From Octopus vulgaris (lineage: Eukaryota), in the NCBI GenBank assembly GCA_951406725.2, contig OX597837.1:36394001-36458000 (forward strand): DNA of 64,000 bases, in the 5' to 3' direction. Position 1 is the first letter of the stretch, and each line of letters begins with the position of its first letter. Shown piece by piece: positions 12,819 to 28,240 of this stretch. The position numbers were made by a program, and so were the translations under genes. The notes under the pieces were generated by a model. That model saw only the letters and a list, made by a program, of their open reading frames with translations, was not told the DNA's origin and ran no database searches.

Positions 12819-13192
12819 TATTACCTCCGCCTTCGCAAAGGCGGGGGTATTATTTTCAGTCGTGTTTGTTTGTTTGTCCGTGGACAAGATATCTCAAGAA
12901 CCGCTGGATGGATTCGGATGAAACTTTCAGGGACGTTTGGCATTGTGACAGACACGAACTGATTACATTTTCAGATCGATCTGGTACCGGACAAGGATTC
13001 TGGAATATTTATTCTGCTTTTTTTTTTTTTTACTTAATTTTTGAGGTCGGTCAGCTTCATCTTTAGTATTCTCGCTTGTGAGAGCAGTCGAGTTTATTTC
13101 AGATATTCTCATTTAAAAAATAATCTCTGGCTAATCATTGAGAGGATGCTGGTGTTGCCTTGGCGGAGGTTTGCGCTCTCTGAGTGCACTTG
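12819..13192 (+). mobile_element. Helentron-associated non-autonomous element (HINE/DINE-like)
   Basis: Sub-terminal IR acctccgcc (12823) / ggcggaggt (13162), 5' (gttt)n tract, 3' hairpin gcgctctctgagtgc. Confidence 0.7.
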
Positions 13193-13194
13193 TT

Positions 13195-13229
<35 letters not shown>

Positions 13230-13269
13230 TATCATCATCATCATCATTATTATCATCATCATCATCATT

Positions 13270-13818
13270 GAGAGAGAGTAGCAGACGACATCAAAGTGAC
13301 GTTGGGGTACAAATATACGAAGCTCAATGACTACCTATTTGGTAAGGGTACACAAGGCACATGCATCACAACCATATGTGCACGGCATGGTGGCCTCGTA
13401 TCAAGATATACAGAGCATTACCTTGCAGATGGGGGCCCAGTTAGAATTTTCTTCAGGTCGAGTAGCCCATCCAGCTCAAAAGGTCCCTAAATAAGGATGG
13501 TGACTGAAACACCCATGTTTCCGAAGGTGAATTATTAAAACTCCAAAGAACCCCTCTCAACACATAGCTATGACGCTCCCCCACTACTTCTGCTCATGAT
13601 CAAAGGTGCACATATTGTCAGCCACCAAGGGACATGCTCGATTGGTTAAGGTCAAACAACTGAGAAGCAAATATGTGGTATTGAGCAGAATATTTGCTGT
13701 GTCTCATGTTTTTTTCTTTTTTTTTTTTTACCAACACGAAACATGTACATGATAACACTTCCAATCAGAGAAGATCAGAGGCCATGAGAGCCAATGCCTG
13801 TTACAACATCAAGGCATG
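13270..13818 (-). mobile_element. Unclassified ~530-bp interspersed repeat, copy 1
   Basis: Colinear with 31871-32398; abuts trinucleotide tracts; probably a retroposon 3' region. Confidence 0.7.
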
Positions 13819-13851
13819 GTATATTTCGTCAAGGCATGATGATGATGATGA

Positions 13852-13882
<31 letters not shown>

Positions 13883-14083
13883 AAGAAGAGGAGGAGGAGG
13901 AGGAGGAAGAAGAAGAAGAAGAAGAAGAAGAAGAAGAAGAAGAAGAAGAACAACAACAACAACAACAACAACAATCCTTTATACTATAGGCACAAGGCCT
14001 AAAATTTGGGTGGGGGTAGTTGATTTCATCGGCTCCAGTACTAAACTGGTACTTAGTTTATCGACCTCGAAAGGATTAAAGGC

Positions 14084-14142
<59 letters not shown>

Positions 14143-14468
14143 CAACAACAATAATAATAACAACAAAAGCAATGATAATAATAATTAGGTCGAATTTTGG
14201 GGTCAAGTAACACATTGAGATGATGACATAAAACTCATCCAAATGTTTTTCGTGTTTTGATTTTGGTTTTTTTTTTTCTCTTTCATCTGTTTTTTTTCTT
14301 TTTTTCTTTATTTTTTTCCCGATTATTTACTTTTCGCCCTCCGGAAAGAATCCACAAATTATTTGATGAGAAGAGAGCGAGGGAAACGGAATAGATGAAG
14401 AAAAACTGAAGGAAAGAAGCGATAGAAAGAAACGGGAAGAAGGAAATGCAAGACTAGAAAGAAAGAAA

Positions 14469-14530
<62 letters not shown>

Positions 14531-14629
14531 AGGAAAGAAAGAAAGGAAATAAGAAAGAAAGAAAATCCAGAAAGAGGATTATAAAACGACTATGAAACCG
14601 TTAGTCGGATTACCAAGTATACGTTCATT

Positions 14630-15043
14630 CATACATACACACACACACACACATAATACATACATATATACATACATACATACATACATACATACACACA
14701 CATACATACACACATACACACACATACATACATACATACATACATGCATGCATACATACATACATACATACATACATACATACATACATACATACATACA
14801 TACATACATACACGTATACGCATACAAAGAAACGTGCATGAATGCAAACATATTTACATACACACACGCAAATATATACATACATACATACATACATACA
14901 TACATACATGTTTTCACGCATATACACACATACATACACACATACATACATACATACATATACACACACACACACATACATACATTCATGTTTTCACGCA
15001 TATATATATACATATATACACACACACATACATACATATATAC

Positions 15044-15074
<31 letters not shown>

Positions 15075-15207
15075 CATACATGCATACATACATGCATACA
15101 TACATGCATACATATATACATACATACATACATACACGCAAATATATACATACATACAAACGTACATACATGTTTTCACGCATATATATATGCACACACA
15201 CACACAC

Positions 15208-15240
<33 letters not shown>

Positions 15241-15584
15241 CATACACACACACACACATACATACATACATACATACATACATACATACATACATACATA
15301 CATACATACATACATACATACATACATACACTCACACACATACATACATACATACATACATACATACATACATACATACATACATACATACATACATTCG
15401 TACATACATACATACATACATACATACATGCATACATACATACACACACACACACATACATACATACATACATACATACATACATACATACACACACACA
15501 CATACATACATACATACATACATACACTCACACACATACATACATACATACATACATACATACATACATACATACATACATACA

Positions 15585-15615
<31 letters not shown>
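14630..15615. repeat. (TACA)n compound microsatellite
   Basis: Seen directly; similar tracts near 26440-26950 and 60450-61490. Confidence 0.95.
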
Positions 15616-15616
<1 letters not shown>

Positions 15617-15681
15617 ACACTCACAAACATTCATATATACGTAAATACACACATGCAAAGATAAGTACAAGCAACATCCTA

Positions 15682-16050
15682 GGTGCAGGAGTGGCTGTGG
15701 TCAGAAGCTTGCTCCCAACCACATTGTTCCGGGTTCAGTCCCACTGCGTGGCACCTTGGGCAAGTGTCTTCTACTATAGCCTCGAACCGACCAAAACATT
15801 GTGAGTAGATTTGGTAGACGGAAACTGAAAGAAGCCCGTCGTATATGTGTGTGTGTGTGTGTGTGTCTGTGTGTGTGTGTGTGTGTGTATGCGTGCGTGT
15901 GTTTGTGTGTCTGTGTTTGTCCTCCAGACATCACTTGACAACCGAAGCTGGTGTGTTTACGTCCCCGTAACTTAGCAGTTCGGCAAAAGAGACCGATGGA
16001 ATAAGTACTAGGCTTACAAAAAATAAGCCCTGGGGTCGATTTGCTCGACT
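15682..16050 (+). mobile_element. Group B SINE with internal (TG)n
   Basis: ggtgcaggagtggctgtgg head through ggggtcgatttgctcgacta. Confidence 0.9.
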
Positions 16051-17018
16051 AACGAATAAAAGAATATATATATACACACAAACATATATACATATTTATA
16101 TACTTACATTCGTACGTACATACATACCTGCATGCATACACACACAAGCATACACATACCTGTATACATGCATGCATGCATACATTCATACATACACACA
16201 GACATACGTGCACACATGCACACATAAAACATACACATACATATATACACATATACATACCTGCATACACAGACACACACAAAACATACACATACATACA
16301 CATACATGTATACATGCGTGCATTCATACGTACACGCATACATACCTGCTTACACAAACACACACACACACACACACACATGCACACATACATTCATTCA
16401 TGCCTACAGACTTACCTGAATACATACATACACACTTACATACATACAAACATACACATTCAAACACACACACACACACACATACACATACATGTGTACA
16501 TCCGTGTGTGTGTGTGTGTGTGATTACTGTTTATTGTGTGGCTTTTTTTTGTTGTTGTTGCTGTTGTTTTTGTTTATTATTTTTTTTTCTGGCAATGTTT
16601 TCATTGAGACGAAGTAATTAAGATTATTTGCTGAGTTAAACCCAACAATTAGAAAATCAACGTTACCTGAAGAATATTGATGGCCAGAGCTTCAGTACAC
16701 ACACACACACACACACTCTCTCTCTCTCTCTCTGTCTCTCTCATTCTGTCTAGCTCTCTCTCCGTCTCTCTCTCTCACACTCTCTCTTTCTCTCTATCTA
16801 TCTACGTATCTATTTATGTATCTATCTACTACCTTTCTTTCTTTTCAACAACCTAATTCTAATTAACTCTCTTCAACTCTCTCTCTCTCTTCTTTCTCTT
16901 GCTTCTTCTTTCTCTCTGTCTTTATCTCTCACTCACTATCTATCTATCTATCTATTTTCTCTCTCTTTCTTTTTCTCTGTCTCTGTCTCTCTCTCTCTCT
17001 CTCTAAATATATATCTAT

Positions 17019-17060
<42 letters not shown>

Positions 17061-17185
17061 ATTCTCTCTCTCTAACTATCCATCTGTCTACCTTTCTTTC
17101 TCTTCATCAACCTACCTCTAATTAACTCTCTTCAACTCTTTCTCTCTTTCTCTTTCTCTTTTTGTCTTTATCTACCTATTTCTGG

Positions 17186-17232
<47 letters not shown>

Positions 17233-17439
17233 ACAGTTTTCTTCCCCTATATATCTATCTATCTATCTATCTGTCTGTCAGCCTGTCTATCTACCTAACT
17301 TTCTATACATCTATCTATTTATTTATCTATCTGTCTGTGTGTCTGTCGTCTACGTGCCTGTTGTCTGTCTCTCTATCTTTATCTATCTATCTGTCTATTT
17401 ATCTACCTACTTTTCTATATATCTATCTGTCTATCTAGC

Positions 17440-17470
<31 letters not shown>

Positions 17471-17731
17471 CTATATATATATATATCTATCTATCTACCT
17501 GTCTACCTGTCTGTCTGTCTGTCTGTCTGTCATTACACACTATCTACCTAGCTTTCTATATATCTATCTATCCATCTATCTGTCTGTCTGTCTATCTATC
17601 TAACTAGCTACATTTCTATATATCTATCTATCTGTCTCTCTATCTATGATTATCTCTCTCCCAATATCTCCCTTCCTCCCGCTCTCTCTGTCTTTCTCTC
17701 ATTCAAACTTTCTCTGATTATATCTCTCCAA

Positions 17732-17762
<31 letters not shown>

Positions 17763-18391
17763 ACTCCCGTTACCTTTCGTCGCCATAAAAACCAAACAAT
17801 GAACACGCCAAAAAAGCAACAAATCCACAAATTCGTGAATAAAAGAAAACAAATAAAAAATAATTATAATAAAATGGGCAAAAAGTACAAAACGAATTAA
17901 TTTATTAATTAATTTCGTAAACTAATCGACGGTTTAACAGCAGACGACCAGATTATGTAAATAATAAGCTAAAACAAGCAACAACAAAAAAAACACCCTG
18001 GATGATAAATAATGGCTACTCTTTGTTGCTAACCTGTTCTGTTCTGTTCATGGCCGCCATTTTCCACTGCGTTTATGTATTCGCTTTCTTTTTGCATTGT
18101 CAATTATATCCCTTCGTTTTCGCCCATTTTTATTTCTAAACCTTTCCCAATGTTGTTTGAATTAACACGAAAAAAATATTTGTTTTTAATTGTATTGTTT
18201 TTTTTTTATTGGTGTTTTACGGTGTTTTGTAACTCTGTTCCGTTCCGTTCTGTTCTTCCTCTTCGACTTCCTCTTTATATCGAATTTGAAATCTGAATTT
18301 GTACCTCTTTTATGGACATATAGTGATGATGATGATGATGATGATGATGGCGGTGGTGGGGGGGTGATTATGATGATGTTGATGATGTTGT

Positions 18392-18470
<79 letters not shown>

Positions 18471-18611
18471 GGTGGTGGTGGTGGTGGTGATGGTGGTGGT
18501 GATTATGATGATGTTGATGATGAAGTTTTTTCCGTTTTGTAAGTGTGATTTACCCATTATTTCTGCTGCTCTATTGGCAATTCTGCGTTCGAAAAAATAT
18601 CATCTAATTTG

Positions 18612-18725
18612 TAGTAGTAAGAAGCTTGCTTCCCAACCACATGGTTCTGGGTTCAGTCCCACTACGTGGCACCTTAGGCAAGTGTCTTCTACTATAGCCT
18701 CAGGCCTACCAATGGACTGATAAAC

Positions 18726-18802
<77 letters not shown>

Positions 18803-19190
18803 GAGAGTTTACGAAAAAAACAAAAGACGAAGACAGGTGGTGTACAAAACAAACAGATGTATTAGTATAACGTTCAGGAATAGAAAAAGTCTTTTACGTT
18901 TCGAGCCTACGCTCTTCTACAGAAAGGGACACAGAAAAAACAAGGAGAGAAATATATATATATATAGATATATGTGTAAGTATATATGTATTTGTGTGTC
19001 TATGTTTGTCCCCCACCATCGCTTGACAAGAGATGGTGGTGTGTTTATGTCCCAGTTAGTTAGCGGTTGGACAGAAAGAGGCCGATAGAATAAGTATTAG
19101 GTTTACAAGGATTAAGTCCTGGGGTTGAATTGTTCGACTAAAGGCAGTGCTCCAATATGGGTGTAGTCAAATGACTGAAACAAGTCAAAG
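18612..19190 (+). mobile_element. Group B SINE split by (TA)n and a Penelope-like insert (18801-18952)
   Basis: 5' half 18612-18715, 3' half about 18960-19190. Confidence 0.75.
18891..18926 (-). ncRNA. Minimal hammerhead-like motif (A6U)
   Basis: Minus strand: cttt-CTGTAGA-a-gagc gtag gctc-GAAA-cg-TA-aaag; relative of 4910-4944. Confidence 0.45.
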
Positions 19191-19199
19191 TAAGGGTCC

Positions 19200-19350
19200 T
19201 TTTCAGGTTTTGTATACTAAATCCACTATCAAGGTTTTGGTCGACCCGAAGCTATAATAGAAGACATTTGTGCAAGATGCCACGCAGTGGGACTGAACCC
19301 GGAACCATGTGGTTGGGAAGTACGCTTCTTACCACACAGCCACACAGGCA
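19200..19350 (-). mobile_element. Group B SINE 5' half
   Basis: gccacgcagtgggactgaacccggaaccatgtggttggg. Confidence 0.85.
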
Positions 19351-19458
19351 CCTATACCGAATAAAATCCTAATTAACTGATGGTCTTGTATTTTCTTTTC
19401 ACCCAAAGCCAGAAACTTTTCAGCAGCTCTCGTACACGCGCACGTAATAAACATGCAT

Positions 19459-19501
<43 letters not shown>

Positions 19502-19625
19502 TGTACACAAGGTCGGACAAATGTACTTGTATGAACGTAGGCTCGCCGACACAACAGACGCTCAAGGTCAGACCAGAGCAGTGGTATAAACACACACACA
19601 CACACATGTATAACTATATACATGA

Positions 19626-19729
<104 letters not shown>

Positions 19730-19730
19730 G

Positions 19731-19762
<32 letters not shown>

Positions 19763-19769
19763 AATATAA

Positions 19770-19811
<42 letters not shown>

Positions 19812-19870
19812 GTGCATATGTATATATATATATATATAGGATATATATATATGATGCATATATATATATA

Positions 19871-19989
<119 letters not shown>

Positions 19990-20433
19990 TTCATCTACTC
20001 AGAGTATGTATATACATATATATGTACACACACACACACACACATTTACGCATGCATTTGTAGTTATGCATATATGTATGTGGGGGAGGGCGTATGGCGG
20101 GGCGTATGGCGGGGCGTATGGGTGACGAGTGGGTGTGTATGTGGGGGGTGTCTGTGTGTGTCAATACGGACGCAACGAGGCGGGCGGGCGGGCGGGCGGG
20201 CGGTAGGTGCAGCAGAGGTATTTAGGATCGATAAACCGAGCAGATAACAACTTAGTGTCAAACAATAAACAACTTAATTGTGGCAAATCGGCTTAACGGA
20301 TTAGCCATAGTGGGGGAGAGTTACATGGATGCATTAACCAACACATAGTGACATACACACACATTCATACATGCATACATGCATACATACATTTATGTAT
20401 ATATATATATACATATACATATATACATACATA

Positions 20434-20484
<51 letters not shown>

Positions 20485-20726
20485 ACATGTATATGCATAT
20501 ATATATATATATGTATATATATGTATATATATACATATATACATATATATATATACATTCATATATATGCATATATATACATATATATATACATACATAT
20601 ATATGTATATATGTATACATATAAATACATATATATGTATATATATACATATATATACATACATACATACACATACAGATATGTATATATATATATACAT
20701 ATGTTTGTGTGTGTGTACACATGTAT

Positions 20727-20817
<91 letters not shown>

Positions 20818-20834
20818 CATATATATACATACAT

Positions 20835-21176
20835 TGATTACAAAATTTTATAATCAATGGTCTGTTGAACTTGCTGGGTAAATCCAGTTGCTCTGATGAT
20901 TTCAGAGCATTTAGAATGCTTTTTATGCTTTGATACTGGTGATACGTTTCTCTCTTCAGTCTCTAGCTCCTTACACTCTTTGCAGACGAAAGATCTGGCA
21001 ACGTTAAAAATCGAGATATCTTCAAAATCGCTATGCTCAGCCTTTATAACAACAATAACAGAATGCCTCTTCATTTGTTGAGTAAGCTGAGGGTCTGCCA
21101 TTACTTTTTTCTGAAAAAACCTTAGCAATAAATGCAGCAATGACTCCAAAGATGTATGCCCTCAAATACCTTACGC

Positions 21177-21181
<5 letters not shown>
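20835..21181 (-). mobile_element. Tc1/mariner 5' relic (terminus plus N-terminal HTH region)
   Basis: ORF 20838-21149 LTQQMKRHSVIV..ISIFNVARSFV resembles the N-terminus of the DD37D relics at 54945; starts at a (TA)n with agggtgcgtaagg. Confidence 0.6.
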
Positions 21182-21238
<57 letters not shown>

Positions 21239-21662
21239 CTCGCACCATTCTGACCTCTAAAGACCAATCCCCCAAATCATTGATGCTTGAAGGAGCGACA
21301 AAAAGAAATTCTTTTCAGTTCCACATTACTCTTCCTTCCCCCCATCCAAACACACCTACAGTGTCCCCTGAAATAGAAAATAGTCTTTTAATATAATATG
21401 TGGACCAGATCAGTTTAAGCTCCCCTACTACTATAATGTAAACATTTTTTAACTTATAATATTCTGTGTGTGTATGTATATACAGGTACAATACCAATAT
21501 TCCACTGAACTTTTTAATAATTCCTTCTTTTCTTGAGAATGTATATATATGTTGTAATCTTTTGTGCCCAATATTTTGTTCCTAACATGTTTTTGTTACC
21601 AAAGAATGTATATATGTATTGTAGTATTTTATGACAACCAATAATTAACACAACCAAACTTT

Positions 21663-21725
21663 AACATGTTACTTTTGACAATCTTTTTCTAAAAAGGGGA
21701 AACCGGTAAAGTAAATAAACATGTT
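21663..21725 (+). ncRNA. Type-I hammerhead ribozyme motif, U3-A8 core, extended bulged stem I
   Basis: aacatg ttactt-TTGACAA-tcttttt cta aaaaggg-GAAA-ccgg-TA-aagtaa ataaa catgtt; predicted GUA cleavage after 21708. Confidence 0.7.
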
Positions 21726-21760
21726 TTAAAATTGCATTTTCAAACTTTCTTTCATATATA

Positions 21761-21825
<65 letters not shown>

Positions 21826-22150
21826 CATACATATATGTGTGTGTGTGTGTGTGTGTGTACGCGCCTGTACATCTGTGTGTTGTCCAACTACCATATCCAT
21901 AACATCTTTACGTTATGCAGCTCTGTTTCGAGGTGTTGAAACTGTTAGCACCCTTAGCGAAACAGCTAATGAAGGTCTTGTTTTCCCTTGTTTTTGGTTT
22001 TTTTGTTTTCGTTTGTTGAGATTGTTATATATTTTTTTCTTTTGTCCTATTTCCTTACATTTATTATTGCCGATGGAGCCAAATTTTCTCACATGCTTTG
22101 TTCTGTGCTAATTGTTGTGATCCTGTTTTACTGCTTGTCTCTTTCTTCCT

Positions 22151-22236
<86 letters not shown>

Positions 22237-23286
22237 ACTCCCTATTTATCTCTCGCTTCTATGCTTCATTCTGTTCCCAGCTCATCACCTACTGCATCCG
22301 TTCTGGCCGCTGGTTTCTTACTTATCACAATTTTTTTAGCCACGACCAACCAGTCTAGTACGTCAATTTTTTTTAGATGATGGTGAGGTTGTGAATTGAG
22401 GTAGATTTAGCTGCCACTTCTAGAAGATCGAATGACTACGCAGACGATCCCTCATTGGTTCATATAGACAATACCAGTAACATCTTGAGGCAGTATTGCG
22501 ATTTAGTCATAAAATGTATATATTTGCTGGCAGTATTGGTTAGGATGAGTTGAGGTAGACTTAGCAAATATTTCTAGAAGGTAGAGTAAGTACGTGGAGG
22601 GTACCAGTAATATCATCGGGTAGGATTGCTACTTAATCATAAAACACATGCCTGTTTTGCAGCCATATCAACAGAGGTGAAACAATTTAAAGAATTTAAA
22701 TCATTTTTATTTTAATACGGGAACTAGAACCGAACTCTTGAATTCCCTGTTGAAAATTGTTAAATAACCAAAAACGTATCAAGATGGCATGGTGAAATAA
22801 ATAAATCAAAATTTAGAGATAAGTCATTTAATTAATAAGTTAATTAAGTAATTAAGTAATTAAGTAATTCAATAATACTAACAGATAGTAGACAGTCATT
22901 TAATTAAAACAGTTCTGTTGCGGGGGTGGGTGGGGGGGTGAGCTGTGCTTGATAACGTTTATCATGTATTTACATAGAAACACGGGGCGGTATTTAAACA
23001 GCATGAAACGTCTGTATATTGTCTCAGCGGGGGAGTGTGTGTGTGTGTGTGTGGAGATATGTGTGTGTATTTAACTGGAAGTAGGAGTGAATGCGTGTGT
23101 GTTTATATATACATATACGAATACACATTATTTATAGATATGTATATATATATATCGGAATGTATATAGGTGTGAATGTTTATATAAAGTCATAAACAAC
23201 ACCCACCCCACACTCCTTGAAATACACATGCACGCGCTTATATATGTGTGTTTATATATGTGTACATATGTCTATCTATCGATCTA

Positions 23287-23329
<43 letters not shown>

Positions 23330-23389
23330 GCTAAACATATCTATAGTTATATGCCAATATTTATCTGTCTCTCTATATATATACGTATT

Positions 23390-23435
<46 letters not shown>

Positions 23436-23935
23436 CGTATACGTGTGTGTGTGTATGTGTGTGTGTGTGTGCGTGTGTTAGTTTGCAAACAAATTCATAA
23501 ACCGATGCATATCTACTAAAACATGATTAGAGAGACATAAACGAATCTGTGTAAACATCAGCCATATTTATCTCCACACATCGAGACGTACATCTGTATA
23601 TATTGTATGGCAAGATAATGAATTCCACTTTATACGACTGTTGTTCATACTTACATAGATACGGAGATAACTACGAACATACATGTATATAAACAAGTAT
23701 ATACACACGCATACATACATTTCTGCATGTAACAAAAGGATCTAAGGTTCTTACCGAGATATTGGCTTCTAAGGCCGTTTTCCCGGATTCTTTGACTTAT
23801 GTATATTCTGCATTCTCCACTGGACGGGACATCGGTACGTCGTAGGATCTCCACGTATATATGTTCGAATATAGTGATATCCCTTGTTGGGGGACTACGT
23901 ATGAGGGTCTACAATCCAATATTATAGATGTTAAG

Positions 23936-24240
23936 GGCGGCGATCTGGCAGAATCGTTAGCACGCCGGGTGAAATGCTTAGCGGTATTTCGTCTGCCGTT
24001 ACGTTCTGAGTTCAAATTACGCCGAGGTCGACTTTGCCTTTCATCCGTTCGGAGTCGATTAAATAAATACCAGTTACGCACTGGGGTCCATATAATCGAC
24101 TTAATCCGTTTGTCTGTCCTTGTTTGTCCTCTCTGTGTTTAGCCCCTTTTGGGCAGTAAAGAAATATGTATTTCGTCTACCGTTACGTTCTGAGTTCAAA
24201 TTCCGCCGAGGTCGATTTTGCCTTTCATCCTTTCGGGGTT
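23936..24240 (+). mobile_element. Group A SINE, partial dimer
   Basis: Junction aaagaaatatgtatttcgtc near 24160-24178. Confidence 0.85.
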
Positions 24241-24650
24241 TTTATTTTTTCATTTCGTTCCAGTCGAATTTTATCCCTAATATATATGTATGTATGTATG
24301 TATGTATACATATGCATATGTATACGTGTGTGTGTGTGTGTGTGTTAGTTTGCAAACAAATTCATAAACCGATACATATCTACTAAAACATGTTTAGAGA
24401 AACATAAATGAATGCGTGTAAACATCAGCCATATTTATCTCCACACATCTAGACATACATATTCAATTTTATCCCTAATTTTTGTGGTTATAGAACCTAG
24501 CTATTCTTTCTAGCGTGTTGAATCCTACGAGTGGATTCCTTATATGTTTAAATGTACACTGTATGTTATGACTAATACATACTCTTTGGACTAAATTTTT
24601 TCACATTAGGCCACTGGAAATGAAAATTTTAATTAATTTCCATTTATATA

Positions 24651-25048
24651 GGCGCAGGAGTGGCTATGTGGTAAGTAGCTTGTTTACCAACCACATGGTT
24701 CCGGGTTCAGTCCCACTGCGTGGCATCTTGGGCAAGTGTCTTCTGCTATAGCCCCGGGCCGACCAATGCCTTGTGAGTGGATTTGGTAGACGGAAACTGA
24801 AAGAAGCCCATCGTATATATGTATATGTATATATATGTATGTGTGTGTTTGTGTGTTTGTGTTTGTCCCCTTAGCATTGCTGGACAACCGACGCTGGTGT
24901 GTTTACGTCCCCGTCACTTAGCGGTTCGGCAAAAGAGACCGATAGAATAAGTACTGGGCTTACAAAGAATAAGTCCCGGGGTCGATTGGCTCGACTAAAG
25001 GCGGTGCTCCAGCATGGCCGCAGTCAAATGACTGAAACAAATAAAAGA
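24651..25048 (+). mobile_element. Full-length group B SINE
   Basis: ggcgcaggagtggct.tgtggtaag ... gcagtcaaatgactgaaacaa.taaaag. Confidence 0.9.
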
Positions 25049-25582
25049 GAGAAAGAGATATACATATATATATATAGGTCACAAAAGTGACGGAGGGTAG
25101 TGACCAGCTACAGCTATTGCTAGAAACAAGAGTTAAAGCAACTCAAAAGCCACAAAGCGCCATCTTAATGACAGACAAGGGAGTTAAGCCCCTAATGTAT
25201 ATAGCCATATCAAACGATTTCGGATTTTGATGTCAACCATCTTAATCCTCAAATGCGACTCTAAAAGCCTAGGGTTAAACTCACCTCCCTCTGTCAGTCT
25301 TATAAGAAAAACCGCTGGAAGCATGTTCTGGTTTTCAAAACGGTAAAAGCGTAAACAACAAATTAAGTGGTTATTAGCAATAAGAACCTAAAGTCAAAAT
25401 TAATGGAAGTCCCAAACGTGACAGTGGATACTGACAAGCACCAGCTATTGCTAGAAATAACAGTTAAAATAACTCAGAATCTACAAGGCACTAACTTAAT
25501 GACATCTATTAATTTTGCTTTTAGCTTCAAATTGCTAGTAAGCCAAACATTTAATTCATATATGTGTGGGTGTGTTTATATG

Positions 25583-25696
<114 letters not shown>

Positions 25697-25795
25697 TGTA
25701 TACATATATATTTATATATATATGTATATATATATGTAAGTATATGTATGAGTGGGTGTGTATTTATGTATACATATATATATGCGTCATGTATG

Positions 25796-25826
<31 letters not shown>

Positions 25827-25903
25827 ATGTATACATATATACATATATGGGTGTGTGATTGTATGTATATATATGTTTTTGTGTGTATGTATGTATACAT
25901 ATG

Positions 25904-25944
<41 letters not shown>

Positions 25945-26240
25945 GTCTGTCTGTCTGTATGTATGTATGTATGTATGTATGTATGTGTGTATAATTGGCC
26001 ACAATCATAGGTGCATATGCACCAAACTAAAGCAAACAGCAAAGCATACATATTGCGCATTTAATTAAAGCCATACAAACATGCCTACAAAAGAAACGTT
26101 CGTACATATTTGCATAAATGTGTGTGTATGAGTGTGTGTGTGCACGCGAGTGTGTGCTTATGTGAGTGCATGTTCGTACGTATATGTACATTACAAATAC
26201 ATATTTAATTACGTACGTATCTAACAACCATACATTTAGA

Positions 26241-26384
<144 letters not shown>

Positions 26385-26969
26385 TGTTTGTGTGTATGTG
26401 TGTATGCATACTTAGAATTTTACTTGCATATGTCTATACATATATGCATACATACATACATAAATACATATATGCATGCTTATATACATACATACATAAA
26501 TACATACGTACACATGAATGCATGCATACATACATACATAGATACATACATACATACATAAATACATGCATTCATACATATTTACATATGTAAATACATG
26601 CATATATACATGCGTAAATACATACATAAACATACATGCATACATACATACATTCATACTTACATACATACATTCATACATACATACATACATACATACA
26701 TACATACATACATACATACATGCATACATACATTCATACATACATACATGCATGCATACATACATACATACATACATACATACACACATACATACATGCA
26801 TACATACATACATACATACATACATACATACACATATACATTCATACATACATACATACAAACATACATACAAACATACATACATACACACATACATATA
26901 TAGACATACATACATAATACATACGTACATACATACATGGACATACATATATACATAGCAAGATAGATG

Positions 26970-27042
<73 letters not shown>

Positions 27043-27344
27043 TATACACACATACATAGGCACCAACCACTGCAGTCGGAATGTCTCTAACGCAGGTGTA
27101 CAGTTCCTGTGCAACCATTTTCGAAATTATTCCGACTGTTTATAGATTATTTTCGCTTCATTTTATTCTTCTTATTTCAACAACAACAACAACAACAACA
27201 ACAACAGCAACATCAGCAGCAAGAATATCTATTTAGCAATTATTTTTAGAATGTAATGAGCGCAAAACGAGCCGCCATGGAAATATTGTTAGACAGGTCA
27301 TTTTTATATGCACATATATTTATACATACATGCGTATAAATATA

Positions 27345-27407
<63 letters not shown>

Positions 27408-27408
27408 A

Positions 27409-27463
<55 letters not shown>

Positions 27464-27697
27464 ATATATATATATGCATCTATGTATCTACACATATGTA
27501 TGCATGCCTATATATACGTACATATATGTATATGTGTGTATATGTGTGTGTGGTATACAGGCGTGTATGCATGTATTTCTTGCTCTCTTTCTTTCTCTCT
27601 CTCTCTATTTTTTTTATTTTAGTATTTGTATATACTTGTGTGTTTTATATATTTACATATACACGTATATAAATATATATCTTAATATACGTTTGTG

Positions 27698-27736
<39 letters not shown>

Positions 27737-27921
27737 TGGATACATATGTGTACGTACCTATATCTATCGCTCTCCTCTCTCTCTCTCTGTCTCTCTCTCA
27801 CTCTGTTTCTCGTTAAACACACACACGCACAAACACACACACACATACATACAAACACAGACACACACACACACAAACAAACACACACGCACACACACAC
27901 ACACGCACACACACACACACA

Positions 27922-28016
<95 letters not shown>

Positions 28017-28240
28017 TATGGCTCTCTAATCTGACTTTTCTATTTTAGACAGAAGTGGGTGTGGAAATAGATTTGTCATATTTGCTCTAAAAAAAATATA
28101 CGGAGAAAAAAAAAAAATGATTTTTTTCTAATTGTTTATTGATTAACATTAACGGCCTGCGGGGGGAATTGCGTCGCAGAGAAAATGTGAATGCGTTAAC
28201 TGGCGCTAACTTACTGCAGAGTGGAGACACTGCAACACAT

